Source: Candidatus Poribacteria bacterium
GTDB lineage: Bacteria; Poribacteria; WGA-4E; WGA-3G
Reading direction: 5' to 3'
NCBI GenBank assembly: GCA_965205025.1
Contig: CBDBFU010000027.1
Span: 1-64,000 of the forward strand
Length of the DNA stretch: 64,000 nucleotides
In this document: positions 11,261 to 22,259 of the stretch, one piece after another
Layout of the letters: each line of letters begins with the position of its first letter
Position numbering within the stretch: position 1 is the stretch's first letter
Notes under the pieces: generated by a model
What the model was told of the DNA's origin: nothing
What the model saw: the letters and a program-made list of their open reading frames with translations, nothing else
The model's database searches: none
Program-made: the position numbers and the translations under genes

Positions 11261-12574
11261 ATGCGTCATCAGAGAGTTCCTACCAGAACGAAACGCACCA
11301 GAAACCAACGGTGTCGTACGTGTAATTCTAATAATGGGAAACGTTCCTGTCCCGCTCTTAGCAACATGATAATCTGTCCTGAATGTTGTAGTGCTAAACG
11401 CGCAAAAATTCCAGGATGCGATAATAATTGTAAATACTACAGTTCACTCATCGTACATAGTCGAAGGCTAGCATCCCCCGATTATCCAATTTATCGATGT
11501 ATGATTAGCCGTTCTCGTGATACTGGAATGGTGATTGTCGTTGGAACACGAAAACGACCAGATGGTAAACTCAAGGCGATGTTCCTTCTCCTTGATCTTT
11601 GGAAAAAGGGTGTTCGAGACTGTTTTTATGATGCAAACCTTACTGAAAGACAATTTGAGCGCGCTACACAAAGGTTTGGAAGCAGTTATGTAGAACCCGA
11701 ACAACCACTTCCTGAAGAACCTGTTGAAGAACGAGAACCCGAAGAAGAAGTGAAGGAACAATTAGTTCGTGTTCCACGGAATACGCTCATTATTGAAGCA
11801 GAATCCGCAATACATTTTGATAATGGTGTGAAGCTTATTGATGATCCGGAAGCTTCAAACGGAAAAGCAATTGTTAATGCAAAAGATGCTCGTGGATTAT
11901 ATGAACTATATATACCAAAGCCTGGAAAATGGTATATATGGATTCGTGCATTTTTCCCAAAAGATGGTGAAGATTCATACTGGATTGGAATAGATAATGC
12001 TGATTCGTTCCCGCGTGATGAACAAGGTGGTCCCAGCGCAATAAGAGTTAGAGTAGAACCAGGAGATACATCAAAATGGGGACGCTGGCTATGGGATACC
12101 GCTACACACCCCCTTGGAAAGCGGATCCCGGGATACTTTCGTATCAAAAGTAAAGGATACTACCGTATCTGGTCAAAAGGTAGAGAAATGGGATCAAGAT
12201 TAGATCAAATTCTACTAACACGTTCCAGAAAATTTAATCCGGAAACTGCCTCCGAAGGTAAATCGATTCCTATCCTAACAGCCCCTCACCCTTATGAACC
12301 TGCTACTTTTGAAGATTGTCGTAAAATAATTCGTCATGCTGTAGAAATATCTAAAGCTGTACAGACCGAATTCCCGTGGGAATTTAAATACTGGATTAAC
12401 GATATCTGGGGGGACATCAGGAGATTTCCTGAACATGAAGGTTCGCTTTACAAATGCCATAAGTGTGATGCCGATTTGCCTGATCAAGCGGTTGACTTAA
12501 TCAAACAGCACGCGCATTCTGATGATATTCAATTTTATATTTTGTGTAGAAAATGTGGTGGTGAATTTGATTAG
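11261..12574 (+). CDS. Cys-rich (putative Zn-binding) hypothetical protein with an internal CBM-like domain
   Basis: N-terminal CxxC..CPAL..ICPECC..C..C; IIEAES..ASNGKA..GKWYIWIRA..DSYW..LDQILLT; C-terminal CHKC/CRKC. Confidence 0.7.
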   Translation: MRHQRVPTRTKRTRNQRCRTCNSNNGKRSCPALSNMIICPECCSAKRAKIPGCDNNCKYYSSLIVHSRRLASPDYPIYRCMISRSRDTGMVIVVGTRKRPDGKLKAMFLLLDLWKKGVRDCFYDANLTERQFERATQRFGSSYVEPEQPLPEEPVEEREPEEEVKEQLVRVPRNTLIIEAESAIHFDNGVKLIDDPEASNGKAIVNAKDARGLYELYIPKPGKWYIWIRAFFPKDGEDSYWIGIDNADSFPRDEQGGPSAIRVRVEPGDTSKWGRWLWDTATHPLGKRIPGYFRIKSKGYYRIWSKGREMGSRLDQILLTRSRKFNPETASEGKSIPILTAPHPYEPATFEDCRKIIRHAVEISKAVQTEFPWEFKYWINDIWGDIRRFPEHEGSLYKCHKCDADLPDQAVDLIKQHAHSDDIQFYILCRKCGGEFD

Positions 12575-14735
12575 CAGGTCTTTTCTCTTTCTCGTTTTTT
12601 GGATTAGTAATCTTATTCTTGTCACTACCATAGGTCATTCAGCCCCACCTAATCCTTACCTCTATTTTGACATTGATAGCGACACTGGAAAATTAACTCC
12701 AAAATCCCTTTCAGGACAAAATGCTGAACTCAGTGTTCTTCAATATATGCAAGCATTGGATGGATGCTGTTTAGCAAGGGAACAAAGTATCCTTCAACCA
12801 GATGGTATAGAATATGTACTTGCCCTCAAGATTGATTTCAGCGATCAACCCGGTAGAAGAAGTAGTGAAGAATTTAACGAATATCTTTATGCTGAAACAG
12901 GTGTTTCCCTAAAAACCTACTTCCGTGAAAACTCATACAATCAGATGGATATACAACCTGGACCTGTTGGTGGTGTTTTACCTGCTGGTGATAAATGGAT
13001 TCGCGCACAGAAGCCGATGTCCTATTATGGAGAAGGAAAAATATTGGTACAGCGTTATCAAGAATTAGTTGCTGAAGCGTGTAGAGCAATAGATAACAGT
13101 GTGGATTTTTCAAAGTATGATCGTGACAAAGATGGGGTTGTAGATCATCTTTTTCTTATCCATTCTGGTAATGATGAGTCATCTTCAGGTGATGAAAACG
13201 ATATATGGTCTATTTTAACACCAAGTGTCAATATAATCGTGGATGGGGTACGGATTGACACAGCTGTTGTTGTTGGTGAAGAACCGGACTTTGAAAAACC
13301 ACACTTAGGAATATATTTTCATGAATTTTTTCATGATTTTGGTGCACCAGATGTATATGGACCAAACTTCACAGATGCCCGAGATCATAAATGGGGGTTA
13401 ATGGGACAATTCGGTCCTTTTCTCGGTCCTGAAGAGTCCGGTATTGGAAATGGCTTAGCACCCAGTCATATCATGGGGTATCTAAAGTGGGATTTTGATG
13501 CTCGACCCGCAAATGGAAGGGTTGGGTGGATTAAGCCTGTAGATATTACACATAACGGTCAAGTATCTGTCCCAGCTTTTGAAATATCCTCAAAAACAGA
13601 TAAACTGTTTAAAATAGATATACCGCATGAGAGGGAAACACGAACGGTTTTTGGTATTGATTTACCATTGCCGAATGTTTTGACAAACAGAGAATTTTTC
13701 CTTATTGAAAATCGTTATAAAGACTCTGGTGCTATTTTCGATACTTATCTTCCCGAATCGGGTATTCTTATTTGGCATATTGATGAAACGCAGGTGCGTC
13801 CCGAAGGTAGTTTTGACGCAGGTTACCAGATTTGGCTTGAAGACCCAAATGACCCTGAACACCTTGGTATCCATCCTGAAGATCCTGGTATCATAAATAT
13901 CAATACCATATCTGAAGGAGCAGCTTATTCTGCTGATGATGACCAAACTGCATTTACTCCAGGAACTTTACCAAACAGTAATTCTAACAAAGGAACACCT
14001 ACCGGTATATCAATTACCAATATTGGAGCGGAAGGTATGGTTATGCAGATGCTTGTTTCCTTTGGTGATACCTATGAACCGAATAATACTATAGAAACAG
14101 CTTTTCCTATCTATTACTCTCACCCCTATCATTCTTTTCTATACGATGCTTCAGATACCGAGGATTATTTTCAAATTGAAGCTGCTGGAGGTGTAACAAT
14201 TCGAGCAACTTTTTCAGTTTTGCCCTCAGATGTGGATTATCGTTTATCGCTTGTTACGGCAACCGGAGAAACTGTTGCAACTGGAGAAAAAGCACCAAAC
14301 ACTTTAGAGTATCAGATACTTTATCAACCTATTGCTAAACAAACGTTATATCTCTTAGTATCATCAAATAACGGGTTTAGCAGTACTGCTACCTATCGAC
14401 TATTTGTTGAACAATTAGAACCAGGTCCTTTTGATTTTTATGAGACGCGTGTTTATCCAAATCCGTTTCGTTTCGAGAAACCGGAAATGACGTTTGCCTA
14501 CCAACTATTTCCATCTCAGTCTGCAGATAACGTATCTCTTGATATTTATACTATTAAAGGTGAGAAAGTCTACCGCAATAAACACCAGGATGTATTCGCC
14601 CCCGGGGAATTCCAATGGGATGGATCTAATCTACGTGGAACCCCACTCGCTCCTGGAATATATATATATCAATTATCAGCTTCTCAGGCAGATACAGTTA
14701 TTCAAGACATAGGTAAGTTCATAATTCTTAGATAG
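12522..14735 (+). CDS. M6-family (immune inhibitor A-like) metalloprotease with PPC and FlgD/T9SS-like C-terminal domain (start probably slightly downstream)
   Basis: DFSKYDRDKDGVVDHLFLIHSG, HEFFH..GAPDVY, EFFLIENR, GILIWHIDE, DTYEPNN, YPNPF..WDG..LAPGIYIY. Confidence 0.85.
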   Translation: MIFNFIFCVENVVVNLISRSFLFLVFWISNLILVTTIGHSAPPNPYLYFDIDSDTGKLTPKSLSGQNAELSVLQYMQALDGCCLAREQSILQPDGIEYVLALKIDFSDQPGRRSSEEFNEYLYAETGVSLKTYFRENSYNQMDIQPGPVGGVLPAGDKWIRAQKPMSYYGEGKILVQRYQELVAEACRAIDNSVDFSKYDRDKDGVVDHLFLIHSGNDESSSGDENDIWSILTPSVNIIVDGVRIDTAVVVGEEPDFEKPHLGIYFHEFFHDFGAPDVYGPNFTDARDHKWGLMGQFGPFLGPEESGIGNGLAPSHIMGYLKWDFDARPANGRVGWIKPVDITHNGQVSVPAFEISSKTDKLFKIDIPHERETRTVFGIDLPLPNVLTNREFFLIENRYKDSGAIFDTYLPESGILIWHIDETQVRPEGSFDAGYQIWLEDPNDPEHLGIHPEDPGIININTISEGAAYSADDDQTAFTPGTLPNSNSNKGTPTGISITNIGAEGMVMQMLVSFGDTYEPNNTIETAFPIYYSHPYHSFLYDASDTEDYFQIEAAGGVTIRATFSVLPSDVDYRLSLVTATGETVATGEKAPNTLEYQILYQPIAKQTLYLLVSSNNGFSSTATYRLFVEQLEPGPFDFYETRVYPNPFRFEKPEMTFAYQLFPSQSADNVSLDIYTIKGEKVYRNKHQDVFAPGEFQWDGSNLRGTPLAPGIYIYQLSASQADTVIQDIGKFIILR

Positions 14736-14971
14736 TTTATTCCTAAACCGATGTCCACTTCTAAGTTAGGTACGGTTTTGAACTGTGCTGGGTGTTCGGA
14801 CTCAACCCCAATACCTTTTACTGCTTAAACTACGATTCTGTATATTCTCGCATCAACATTATTATGTTGTTGACTAAAATTTGTAGTTATGGTAACTTAA
14901 AATCACGTCTATTGGACAAACATCTAACCAGTTGCCATTCTCATATGGTATGCAAGGAGGCAATTTTATCA

Positions 14972-16099
14972 ATGAAAATTTTCAATCAACAGAAAAAAAC
15001 ATATAAGCATCCCCCAAGTATTAAGGAGTGGGGTTTTAGTAAGAGCAGGTTTGAAGGATGTGGTATACTGCTGAATCTTGGGATGCTTTTTCTGTTAGGA
15101 TTCGTCATTTCAGGGTGTGGTCAATCCTTACAAAGTCTGTCACCAGTACAACCTGTTCATAATATTGCAGACGCATTAATGGAACAAAGTATAGATCCTT
15201 CAGCAGATATAGTTATACCTGCAATACCATCAGAAGATCTTGCTAAACCTGTTTTAGATAAACACGGTTTAGAGACAGTAGGATTTCGACTTGTTAAGGC
15301 AGATGAAGCAAATACAAAGAATCTTTCCTATATAGTTGCGTATTCAGAATATGCATATTCTATTGATGATTGGAAGGCATTTCTGGTAGACTGGGCGAAT
15401 GTAGAACCCCAGATTGAATTACCCAAAGAAAACGAAGACAGGAAGAATGTCGATGTAATGCTTATTTCTGATTACCCACAAGCTTTTAATGTACAGGCAC
15501 GTCAACCTTTTCTCACAAAAACACGGGATGGTATAACGGTTTCCATCTGTTACTGGCGTAGTGCAGATCTTGATCGGAAGTATAATCGCGGCAATGCATT
15601 TTCTCCTTTCTATGAAACTGAAGCACTCCACCAAGGAGACAAGACAGATGTGTATTATGTTAAGATAACTAATAATCGAGAGAATGATATCATTATAGAT
15701 GTGAAGAAATGCTCTATTGAAGATCAAGGTGAGAATGTATATCCAGGTATGGATTACGAGGATTTGAGAGATCGATTCCTACTTATGCCGCGCGCTACAG
15801 GACTCTATGTTAAAAACGGTCTTGTAACAGCAAAAGAGATTTTACTTGAAAAAAGGATGCCTATAGTTCAAAGGCAGGTAGGTGCAAATAGAACTGGTGT
15901 GAAACCTGGCGAAAGTGTTGAAGGATTTATTCCATTTATTGAAATTAAAGGAAATGCAGTTGATCTGACTGTGACGATTCCAATTGAAAAAGCACCACCT
16001 CCAGGTGGCGTCCAGCGATATCAAACTATAGATTTCGATTTCCCATTTACTCATAATAGAGGTATTCGGAACGCTCAACCTTCACCACAAAGATATTAG
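14972..16099 (+). CDS. Hypothetical putative lipoprotein
   Basis: AGGAGG before ATG 14972; hydrophobic stretch ending ISGC (lipobox-like). Confidence 0.6.
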   Translation: MKIFNQQKKTYKHPPSIKEWGFSKSRFEGCGILLNLGMLFLLGFVISGCGQSLQSLSPVQPVHNIADALMEQSIDPSADIVIPAIPSEDLAKPVLDKHGLETVGFRLVKADEANTKNLSYIVAYSEYAYSIDDWKAFLVDWANVEPQIELPKENEDRKNVDVMLISDYPQAFNVQARQPFLTKTRDGITVSICYWRSADLDRKYNRGNAFSPFYETEALHQGDKTDVYYVKITNNRENDIIIDVKKCSIEDQGENVYPGMDYEDLRDRFLLMPRATGLYVKNGLVTAKEILLEKRMPIVQRQVGANRTGVKPGESVEGFIPFIEIKGNAVDLTVTIPIEKAPPPGGVQRYQTIDFDFPFTHNRGIRNAQPSPQRY

Positions 16100-16146
16100 A
16101 ATTCGCGGGTATAGGTATTTCTTCTCTCTATACTACCTATAATTGA

Positions 16147-16183
16147 AAAGGCGTTCAGTACGTAAGTCGTATTGAACGCCTTT
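16147..16183. terminator. Bidirectional intrinsic terminator between convergent genes
   Basis: AAAGGCGTTCAGTACG / CGTATTGAACGCCTTT inverted repeat. Confidence 0.75.
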
Positions 16184-16228
16184 CTATTGATATTCAAACT
16201 GGAGTGGTCTGAAAGGATATATCGTATA

Positions 16229-18211
16229 TTAGGTGACGATATCACAAGGTGGAAGAGAATCTATGAAGTGTTTCCCATAACGACGGGTTCGAATACGTGA
16301 ATCCAGTATGACCACAATACCTTGATCTGTCTTTGTACGAATAAGTCGTCCAAAACCTTGTTTGAGACGGAGTATGGCTTCAGGTAAACTGAAATCAAGG
16401 AAATCATTTCCCCCTTGTTCCTTAATCTGCGATACACGTGCTTCCATCACAGGGTGTGTTGGCACTTCAAATGGTAGTTTCGTAATGACCACATTACTAA
16501 GTGCTTCACCTCTTACATCAACCCCTTCCCAAAAGCTTGATGTTCCAAATATGACCGAATCGGTATCTTCCCGAAATGCTTGCAACATATCTGTCCGCGA
16601 AAGTTCCCCACCCTGTTTAAAGATGTCAATTCCAATTTCCTCAAGTGAAGGTGCTACTTCTTCAAACACTTCGTCCATCATTTTGTAGCTTGTAAACAAA
16701 ACAAATGCTTTGCCGTGTGTCATTTTCAGGTAATGTTTGATTTCTTTGATTGCAGCGGGGATAAAAGCTGCACTATTTGGATCCGGCATTGTTTGCGGGA
16801 TATGAATTTTTACCTGTTCTTGGAAATTGAAAGGAGAGTGTACGAGCAATTCTCTGCACTCCGTCATCCCTATTCTTTTTTTAAAGTAGTCGAAATTCTG
16901 ATTTGTTGAGAGTGTAGCACTTGTCATTATAACGCTTTCTTTAGTATCAAACAGGTTTTCTCGTAACATTCCACTTACGTTTACAGGAGTTGCATTAATA
17001 AGTACACGTGGTGTCCGTCCCCGCGTTGATGTTTCAACCCAATAGATATAGTCGGGTTCAACCTGTCTAATCATCAAGTCAAGCTCTTCACGAAGTCTCT
17101 TACATTGATTGTAATAGGATGAGAGTTCCTGTTCTTCGTCATCTGAAACAGCATCATCATTCAGTTTTTTGAGTATACTTTCAATACGGGAGAATGGAAT
17201 CTCTAATGTGTTTCCTTTTTCAAAAACTTTGGATAGACTGTGTTCATCAATTCGTTTTGTTGTTGTGTAGCCGTTATCATTAGAAAAATGGTCTACAATA
17301 CCCTTAAAAAACTCGTTTGTTGATTCTCGCGCTTCCTCAACTTGATCTGTAAGTTCTGTTGATTCAAATCTTGAGGATATACCCGTATTGTTTCTGGGAT
17401 TGTGTAGCGAATCTAACAACCATTTGATTTGTGAGTTGCTGATTTCAAGGCTGCTATGCTTCGTTGCTGTGGCTTCCAAATGGTGTGCTTCATCAATAAT
17501 GAGATAATCGTAATGAGGTAGTATGCCCGCAGAAGGGTCGTTCTGGCGGATTGCTAAGTCACTAAAAAGGAGATGGTGGTTGACGATGAGTAGGTTTGCC
17601 TCCTGCATCTCGTTACGAGCGTTGAAGTAGAAGCAAACATCGTAGGTAGGACATTTACGACCAAGACAATTATCACGATCAGACTTGACTTTCTCCCATA
17701 TATTGATATTAGGTTGAATTGGTAAATCTGCCTGACTTCCATCCTCTGTTGTCTCTACCCATTGAACAATATTTCTGACCTGATCTACCTCCTCCATTGT
17801 ATCAAAGAGTCCTCGTTCATAAGTAAGTAGACTATTGAGTCGTCGTCGTGAGAGGTAATTGCGTCGTCCTTTTGCCAGTACAGCCTTAAATTCACGTGGG
17901 AGTACTTCCTCCAAAAATGGTAGATCCTTAGTGATAAGTTGTTCCTGTAGACTGATAGTATTAGTTGAAACGACAACAGTCTGTTCAGTTTTTAGTGCTA
18001 AAGATATTGCAGGTATCAGATAAGCGAAACTTTTCCCAACACCTGTTCCTGCTTCAACAATTAGATGTTCAGATGCAGCAAAGGCACGCGCAACAGCATT
18101 TGCCATACTCAACTGTTCTTCACGAAACTCATACCCTTGAAGATGGTCGGAGATAATACCTCCGGGACTAAATATATCTTTAAGAGTCAGTGTTTTCGAG
18201 GATTGTGTCAT
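16229..18211 (-). CDS. DinG/YoaA-family ATP-dependent DNA helicase (Fe-S cysteines partly retained)
   Basis: VEAGTGVGKS, KGRRNYLS, IIDEAHH, TSATL, LFTSY, SFWEGVDV, KLPF, QGFGRLIR. Confidence 0.92.
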   Translation of the reverse strand: MTQSSKTLTLKDIFSPGGIISDHLQGYEFREEQLSMANAVARAFAASEHLIVEAGTGVGKSFAYLIPAISLALKTEQTVVVSTNTISLQEQLITKDLPFLEEVLPREFKAVLAKGRRNYLSRRRLNSLLTYERGLFDTMEEVDQVRNIVQWVETTEDGSQADLPIQPNINIWEKVKSDRDNCLGRKCPTYDVCFYFNARNEMQEANLLIVNHHLLFSDLAIRQNDPSAGILPHYDYLIIDEAHHLEATATKHSSLEISNSQIKWLLDSLHNPRNNTGISSRFESTELTDQVEEARESTNEFFKGIVDHFSNDNGYTTTKRIDEHSLSKVFEKGNTLEIPFSRIESILKKLNDDAVSDDEEQELSSYYNQCKRLREELDLMIRQVEPDYIYWVETSTRGRTPRVLINATPVNVSGMLRENLFDTKESVIMTSATLSTNQNFDYFKKRIGMTECRELLVHSPFNFQEQVKIHIPQTMPDPNSAAFIPAAIKEIKHYLKMTHGKAFVLFTSYKMMDEVFEEVAPSLEEIGIDIFKQGGELSRTDMLQAFREDTDSVIFGTSSFWEGVDVRGEALSNVVITKLPFEVPTHPVMEARVSQIKEQGGNDFLDFSLPEAILRLKQGFGRLIRTKTDQGIVVILDSRIRTRRYGKHFIDSLPPCDIVT

Positions 18212-18262
18212 GTGTATATGTGAGAGTTTGGAAAAATAAGAAGAGGGTGAATATAAACTACT

Positions 18263-19606
18263 TTAAGGAGATTTTTTTTCTAATTTTACCGTTAGTTTTT
18301 CATCTCCGTAGTTGCTTTTAATGTCAATTAAGAGTTCTAAAGAATCTTGTTGAACCTGAAGTAATGCCTCAAGTGTTTGAACATCGGAGACCGGTTTCCC
18401 ATTGATTGCATAGATAAGAGCACCACGTGGTATCCTTGCCTTGAACCCTGGGGCGTTTTCCATAACACTTTCGACAATAACGCCACGATCTTTTTCTGTA
18501 AGGTAGGTATATCTTTGAAAATCTTTTTTCTCTAACTTCCTTACCGATAACCCTAACATTTTCCATGATATGGAATTATCTTCTACAGGTAATCCAGCCA
18601 TTTCTCGGGGCATTTCACCTATAATAACGTTTAACGTCCTTTCTTTTCCGTTGCGTAAGACTTTGATAATAGATTGTTTGCCAACTTTCGATTGTGCGAC
18701 CAGCATCTGCAAGTCAGGTGTTTTATATACCTTTTTACCGTTATATTCAACGATAATGTCATATTGTTGTAATCCCCCACGAAATGCTGGTGTATCGGAA
18801 CGAACTTTCGTCACAAGGATACCTTTCAAGATCTCTCGCATTGAAATACCCAGATAACCGTGGATAATCTTACCGTTTGCGATCAATTCTTTGCCAATAG
18901 AACGTACAAGGTTGCTGGGAATTGCAAACCCTGCCCCGGCTCTTACTGGAGCAGGTGTGTTTTCTGATTTTTGGATCAAGGCATTAATACCGATAACTTC
19001 CCCATAGATATTTAGCAGAGGACCACCACTACTGCCGGTGTGTATCCACGTATCCGTTTGGATGAAGTTTTGGTGTCGAACTATACGGAGACCTCCAAGA
19101 ATTAAACGGCTTTTCCCACTGACAACACCCGTTGTTACAGTAAAGTCAAGTGCAAAAGGATTCCCAATGGCGATAGCAAATTGTCCTATCTTAACCTTAT
19201 CAGAATCAGCCAATGGTAATATTGGGAACTCCTCTTTTCTGTTAACCTTTAGTACAGCAATATCGGTGATAACATCTCCGCCGATTAATTTAGCATCAAG
19301 CAATGTTCCATCTAACATTTTAATTCTTAGTTGGTCTGCTTCAACAATATTGTGGTTATTCGTCAGAATATAGCCGTCTTTTTTAAAGAAAAATCCTGAT
19401 CCTTGTTTGAATAGGTCTTTACTTTCATTTCTTGCAAGAACTCCGACAATAGCAGGTTTACTTTGTTCCGCAATATCAACAAATGCCTTTTCAATTGCAC
19501 CTAATAGCTCCAAATTTACTGTCTGTTTAGAACGTGAGGAACACGAAGAGAATGCGATAACGGAAAAGAATAGGATACAATAGCAGAGACTTTTATTATT
19601 CATCAA
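18263..19606 (-). CDS. HtrA/DegP-family serine protease with two PDZ domains, lipoprotein-like signal
   Basis: GSGF..ILTNNH, TDIAV, AIGNPF, GSSGGPL, GYLGI. Confidence 0.9.
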   Translation of the reverse strand: MMNNKSLCYCILFFSVIAFSSCSSRSKQTVNLELLGAIEKAFVDIAEQSKPAIVGVLARNESKDLFKQGSGFFFKKDGYILTNNHNIVEADQLRIKMLDGTLLDAKLIGGDVITDIAVLKVNRKEEFPILPLADSDKVKIGQFAIAIGNPFALDFTVTTGVVSGKSRLILGGLRIVRHQNFIQTDTWIHTGSSGGPLLNIYGEVIGINALIQKSENTPAPVRAGAGFAIPSNLVRSIGKELIANGKIIHGYLGISMREILKGILVTKVRSDTPAFRGGLQQYDIIVEYNGKKVYKTPDLQMLVAQSKVGKQSIIKVLRNGKERTLNVIIGEMPREMAGLPVEDNSISWKMLGLSVRKLEKKDFQRYTYLTEKDRGVIVESVMENAPGFKARIPRGALIYAINGKPVSDVQTLEALLQVQQDSLELLIDIKSNYGDEKLTVKLEKKSP

Positions 19607-19708
19607 ATATTCCTATCAAAACTATTTTAACATAAGGTTCATGTAAGAGGACAACTATTATGTCCTGCATTTTTTTATTACTTATTGGGGTGGAGTGTGA
19701 CTATTTGG

Positions 19709-21066
19709 CTAATTAATTCTTTTGGGGTTGTTCCTATCCAATTTAATAGATACTTTTTCTGTTCCTTGAAGACTCTTGATATCAAGATTGATATCTGTAA
19801 TGTCTTGATTATTCGTGAGATATGTTTCAAGACTGTTAGCGTCAACGATTTTTTGCTCATTGATAGCAGTGATAAGAGCATTCCGAGGGATTTTAGCCTT
19901 ATAACCATGAGACAATCTTCTTATTTTTTCAACGATAACGCCACGATCATCCTGATTAAGGTAGCTATACCGATGCTGTATCCCATTTTCCAAATTTCGT
20001 ACAGCTATTCCCAGAGTTTTCCATGATGCGGATTTAATTTCAGCAGACCGTCCTACTAATTCAAGTGGCATTTCATTAATTGTTACATTGAGTAAAACTT
20101 CTTTATTTTCTCGTAATACTTTTAATGCACATTGTTCGCCAATCTCGAAGTCGGCTATAATCAACCTAAATTCATTGAGTGATGGCACCCTATTATTGTT
20201 GAATTCCAGGATGATATCATCCTGTTTTAATCCTTCATTTGAGGAAGGATTAACATTTTGAACTTTTGTGACTTTGATACCTTTCGAAACATTGTGCATT
20301 TGAGCATTAATGTAGCCCCGGATAATTCTTCCATCGGCAATCAGTTTACGGGAAATAGTCTTAACAAGATCGCTGTTAATTGCTAAAGAGGATCCTTCAC
20401 CTGGATTTAAAGTAGTGATTCCAATAACTTCACCCTCAATATTGAGTAGTGGACCACCACTACTTCCAGGGTTTATCCAAGCATCGGTTTGGATGTAATT
20501 TCTGTGATATTGAAAGAGTTCCGATTTTGGATGGTGGCAACGTTCCTTACCGCCTATGATTCCTGCGGTCACAGTCTGTCTAAAACCTATAGGATCACCG
20601 ATCGCGATAGCAAATTGTCCAACTCGAACATTCTTTGAATCCCCGAGAGAGAGACTGTGAAATTCTTCGTCTCGCTTAATTTTTATAACCGCTATGTCGG
20701 TGTTTGGATCCCCGCCTACCAATGTTGCATTATGCCTACTACCATCGAACAATCTGACTGTGATTTTTTTTGCTCCACTTACGACGTGTTCATTTGTTAG
20801 TATATGTCCATCCTTTTTAAATATAAAGCCAGATCCCCGCGGGTTGTATGTTTATCTTTTAATAGTTTGGATGAAGGTTTTTCTACGGTTAGGCTGACAA
20901 CGGCAGGTTTACTCTGTTCTACAATTTTACTTATAGTGTTTTCAAAGGATCGCAAAATATCGCTATCGTTGGTCTGGCTGGAAGGTGTTGCACACGAGAG
21001 AGTAATTACTGAACATAGGAGTATAATAAAGTAGTTGACCGTTTTTCTTATCATAAGATGCCTCAT
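19709..21066 (-). CDS. Second tandem HtrA/DegP paralogue, frameshift near 20835-20845
   Basis: N-terminal ORF (LSC lipobox, EQSKPAVV) continues into GSGFIF..ILTNEH..TDIAV..INPGSSGGPL and PDZ domains. Confidence 0.85.
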
Positions 21067-21096
21067 TGTTATTTTAAGCCAAGTTGCCACCTATTT

Positions 21097-21170
21097 ACTT
21101 ACATAGCACTCCGCTGGAGTGCAGGACGTTGATATGCCTTTTTCTATAGACATATCACCCCTCTGAGGTG
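21097..21170 (+). repeat. Two short REP-like hairpins of the CTATA(G/A)ACAT family
   Basis: CATAGCACTCCGCTGGAGTGC and CTATAGACATATCACCCCTCTGAGGTG; same architecture as the repeats around the transposase at 53 kb. Confidence 0.6.
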
Positions 21171-22259
21171 CGGACAGTGTCTGAAAACTGTGTTGAAACG
21201 ATCAAAATCCGTTAGTTGCAACTTGGGTTATTTTGAAAGTGTTTTTTTTACCTGTATATATTTGTTTGGTGTTCGATGTAAACATTTTACATTTAAGTTG
21301 CTATTTTGTTGGTCTTCAAAAAAAATAATAATGGTAAGTCTTAGTTAGCGATATAATTTGATTGTCAAATTAGAATGTGGCTTTTTTGTATTGCTCTCCA
21401 CACATGTATCTTGGTATATTGAATTTTAACAAACTATAAATGGTGTTGTCAATGTATTTCTACCATGAGACGCGGAGAGAAATCCGACACGCTTGGTTCA
21501 TGTTGGTTTCTCGAACTCATCCTAACCTACAAGATAAAGTGGTATTTCTGATTGTTAAAAAGGTATAAAAATAGACATTTAATCCTAATATACAGACAGA
21601 AAATAACGTGTAAAAACAGACATTTAATCCTAAATACTCTGACAATAGATTGTGTTGTTGTTGCATTTCACTACACCCCGAAAAGATGAAAAAGTTACAC
21701 TTTTTGTCACACGGTGTGACATCGAAATTTGTGTAAATTACCGCTGTAACCCCTGTCATAGACTGGTTTTATTCCACTTTGAACTTGAATTATAAGAAAT
21801 TCTAAAAAGTGTGATTTTGTGTTATTGTTGTCCTTCCTGATTTTGACATTCTCAACCGCCAAAAAGGTATGCTTTTTTGACGTATATAATATTTCGTTAT
21901 TAGGATCGTTTTTATAGAGAGTCATCATTTATTTTCCTATGAATATGGAGTTTATAGTTGTTAGTTTTTAGTTGATGGTTTGTGCCATAATCTATAATCT
22001 TTTTTCGTAACCCCTAATTTTATTTTCATTTTGACAATTGTTATTAATGTGTTTTTCTGTTTTGTGATATGTGTATGTTAGTTGTTAGAGATTGGTGTTT
22101 TCTTCATTTTTTATTAATTAAAAATGTTTGATCCGTTTTATTTGATGCTTGTTAATGCCATAAACTTTACACGCCCGTATAGCATCCTGGTTTTGACGAA
22201 ACGAATTTGCTGTGATATACTTTTATAAGACAGAATAACGATGGAGAAGTAACAACAGT

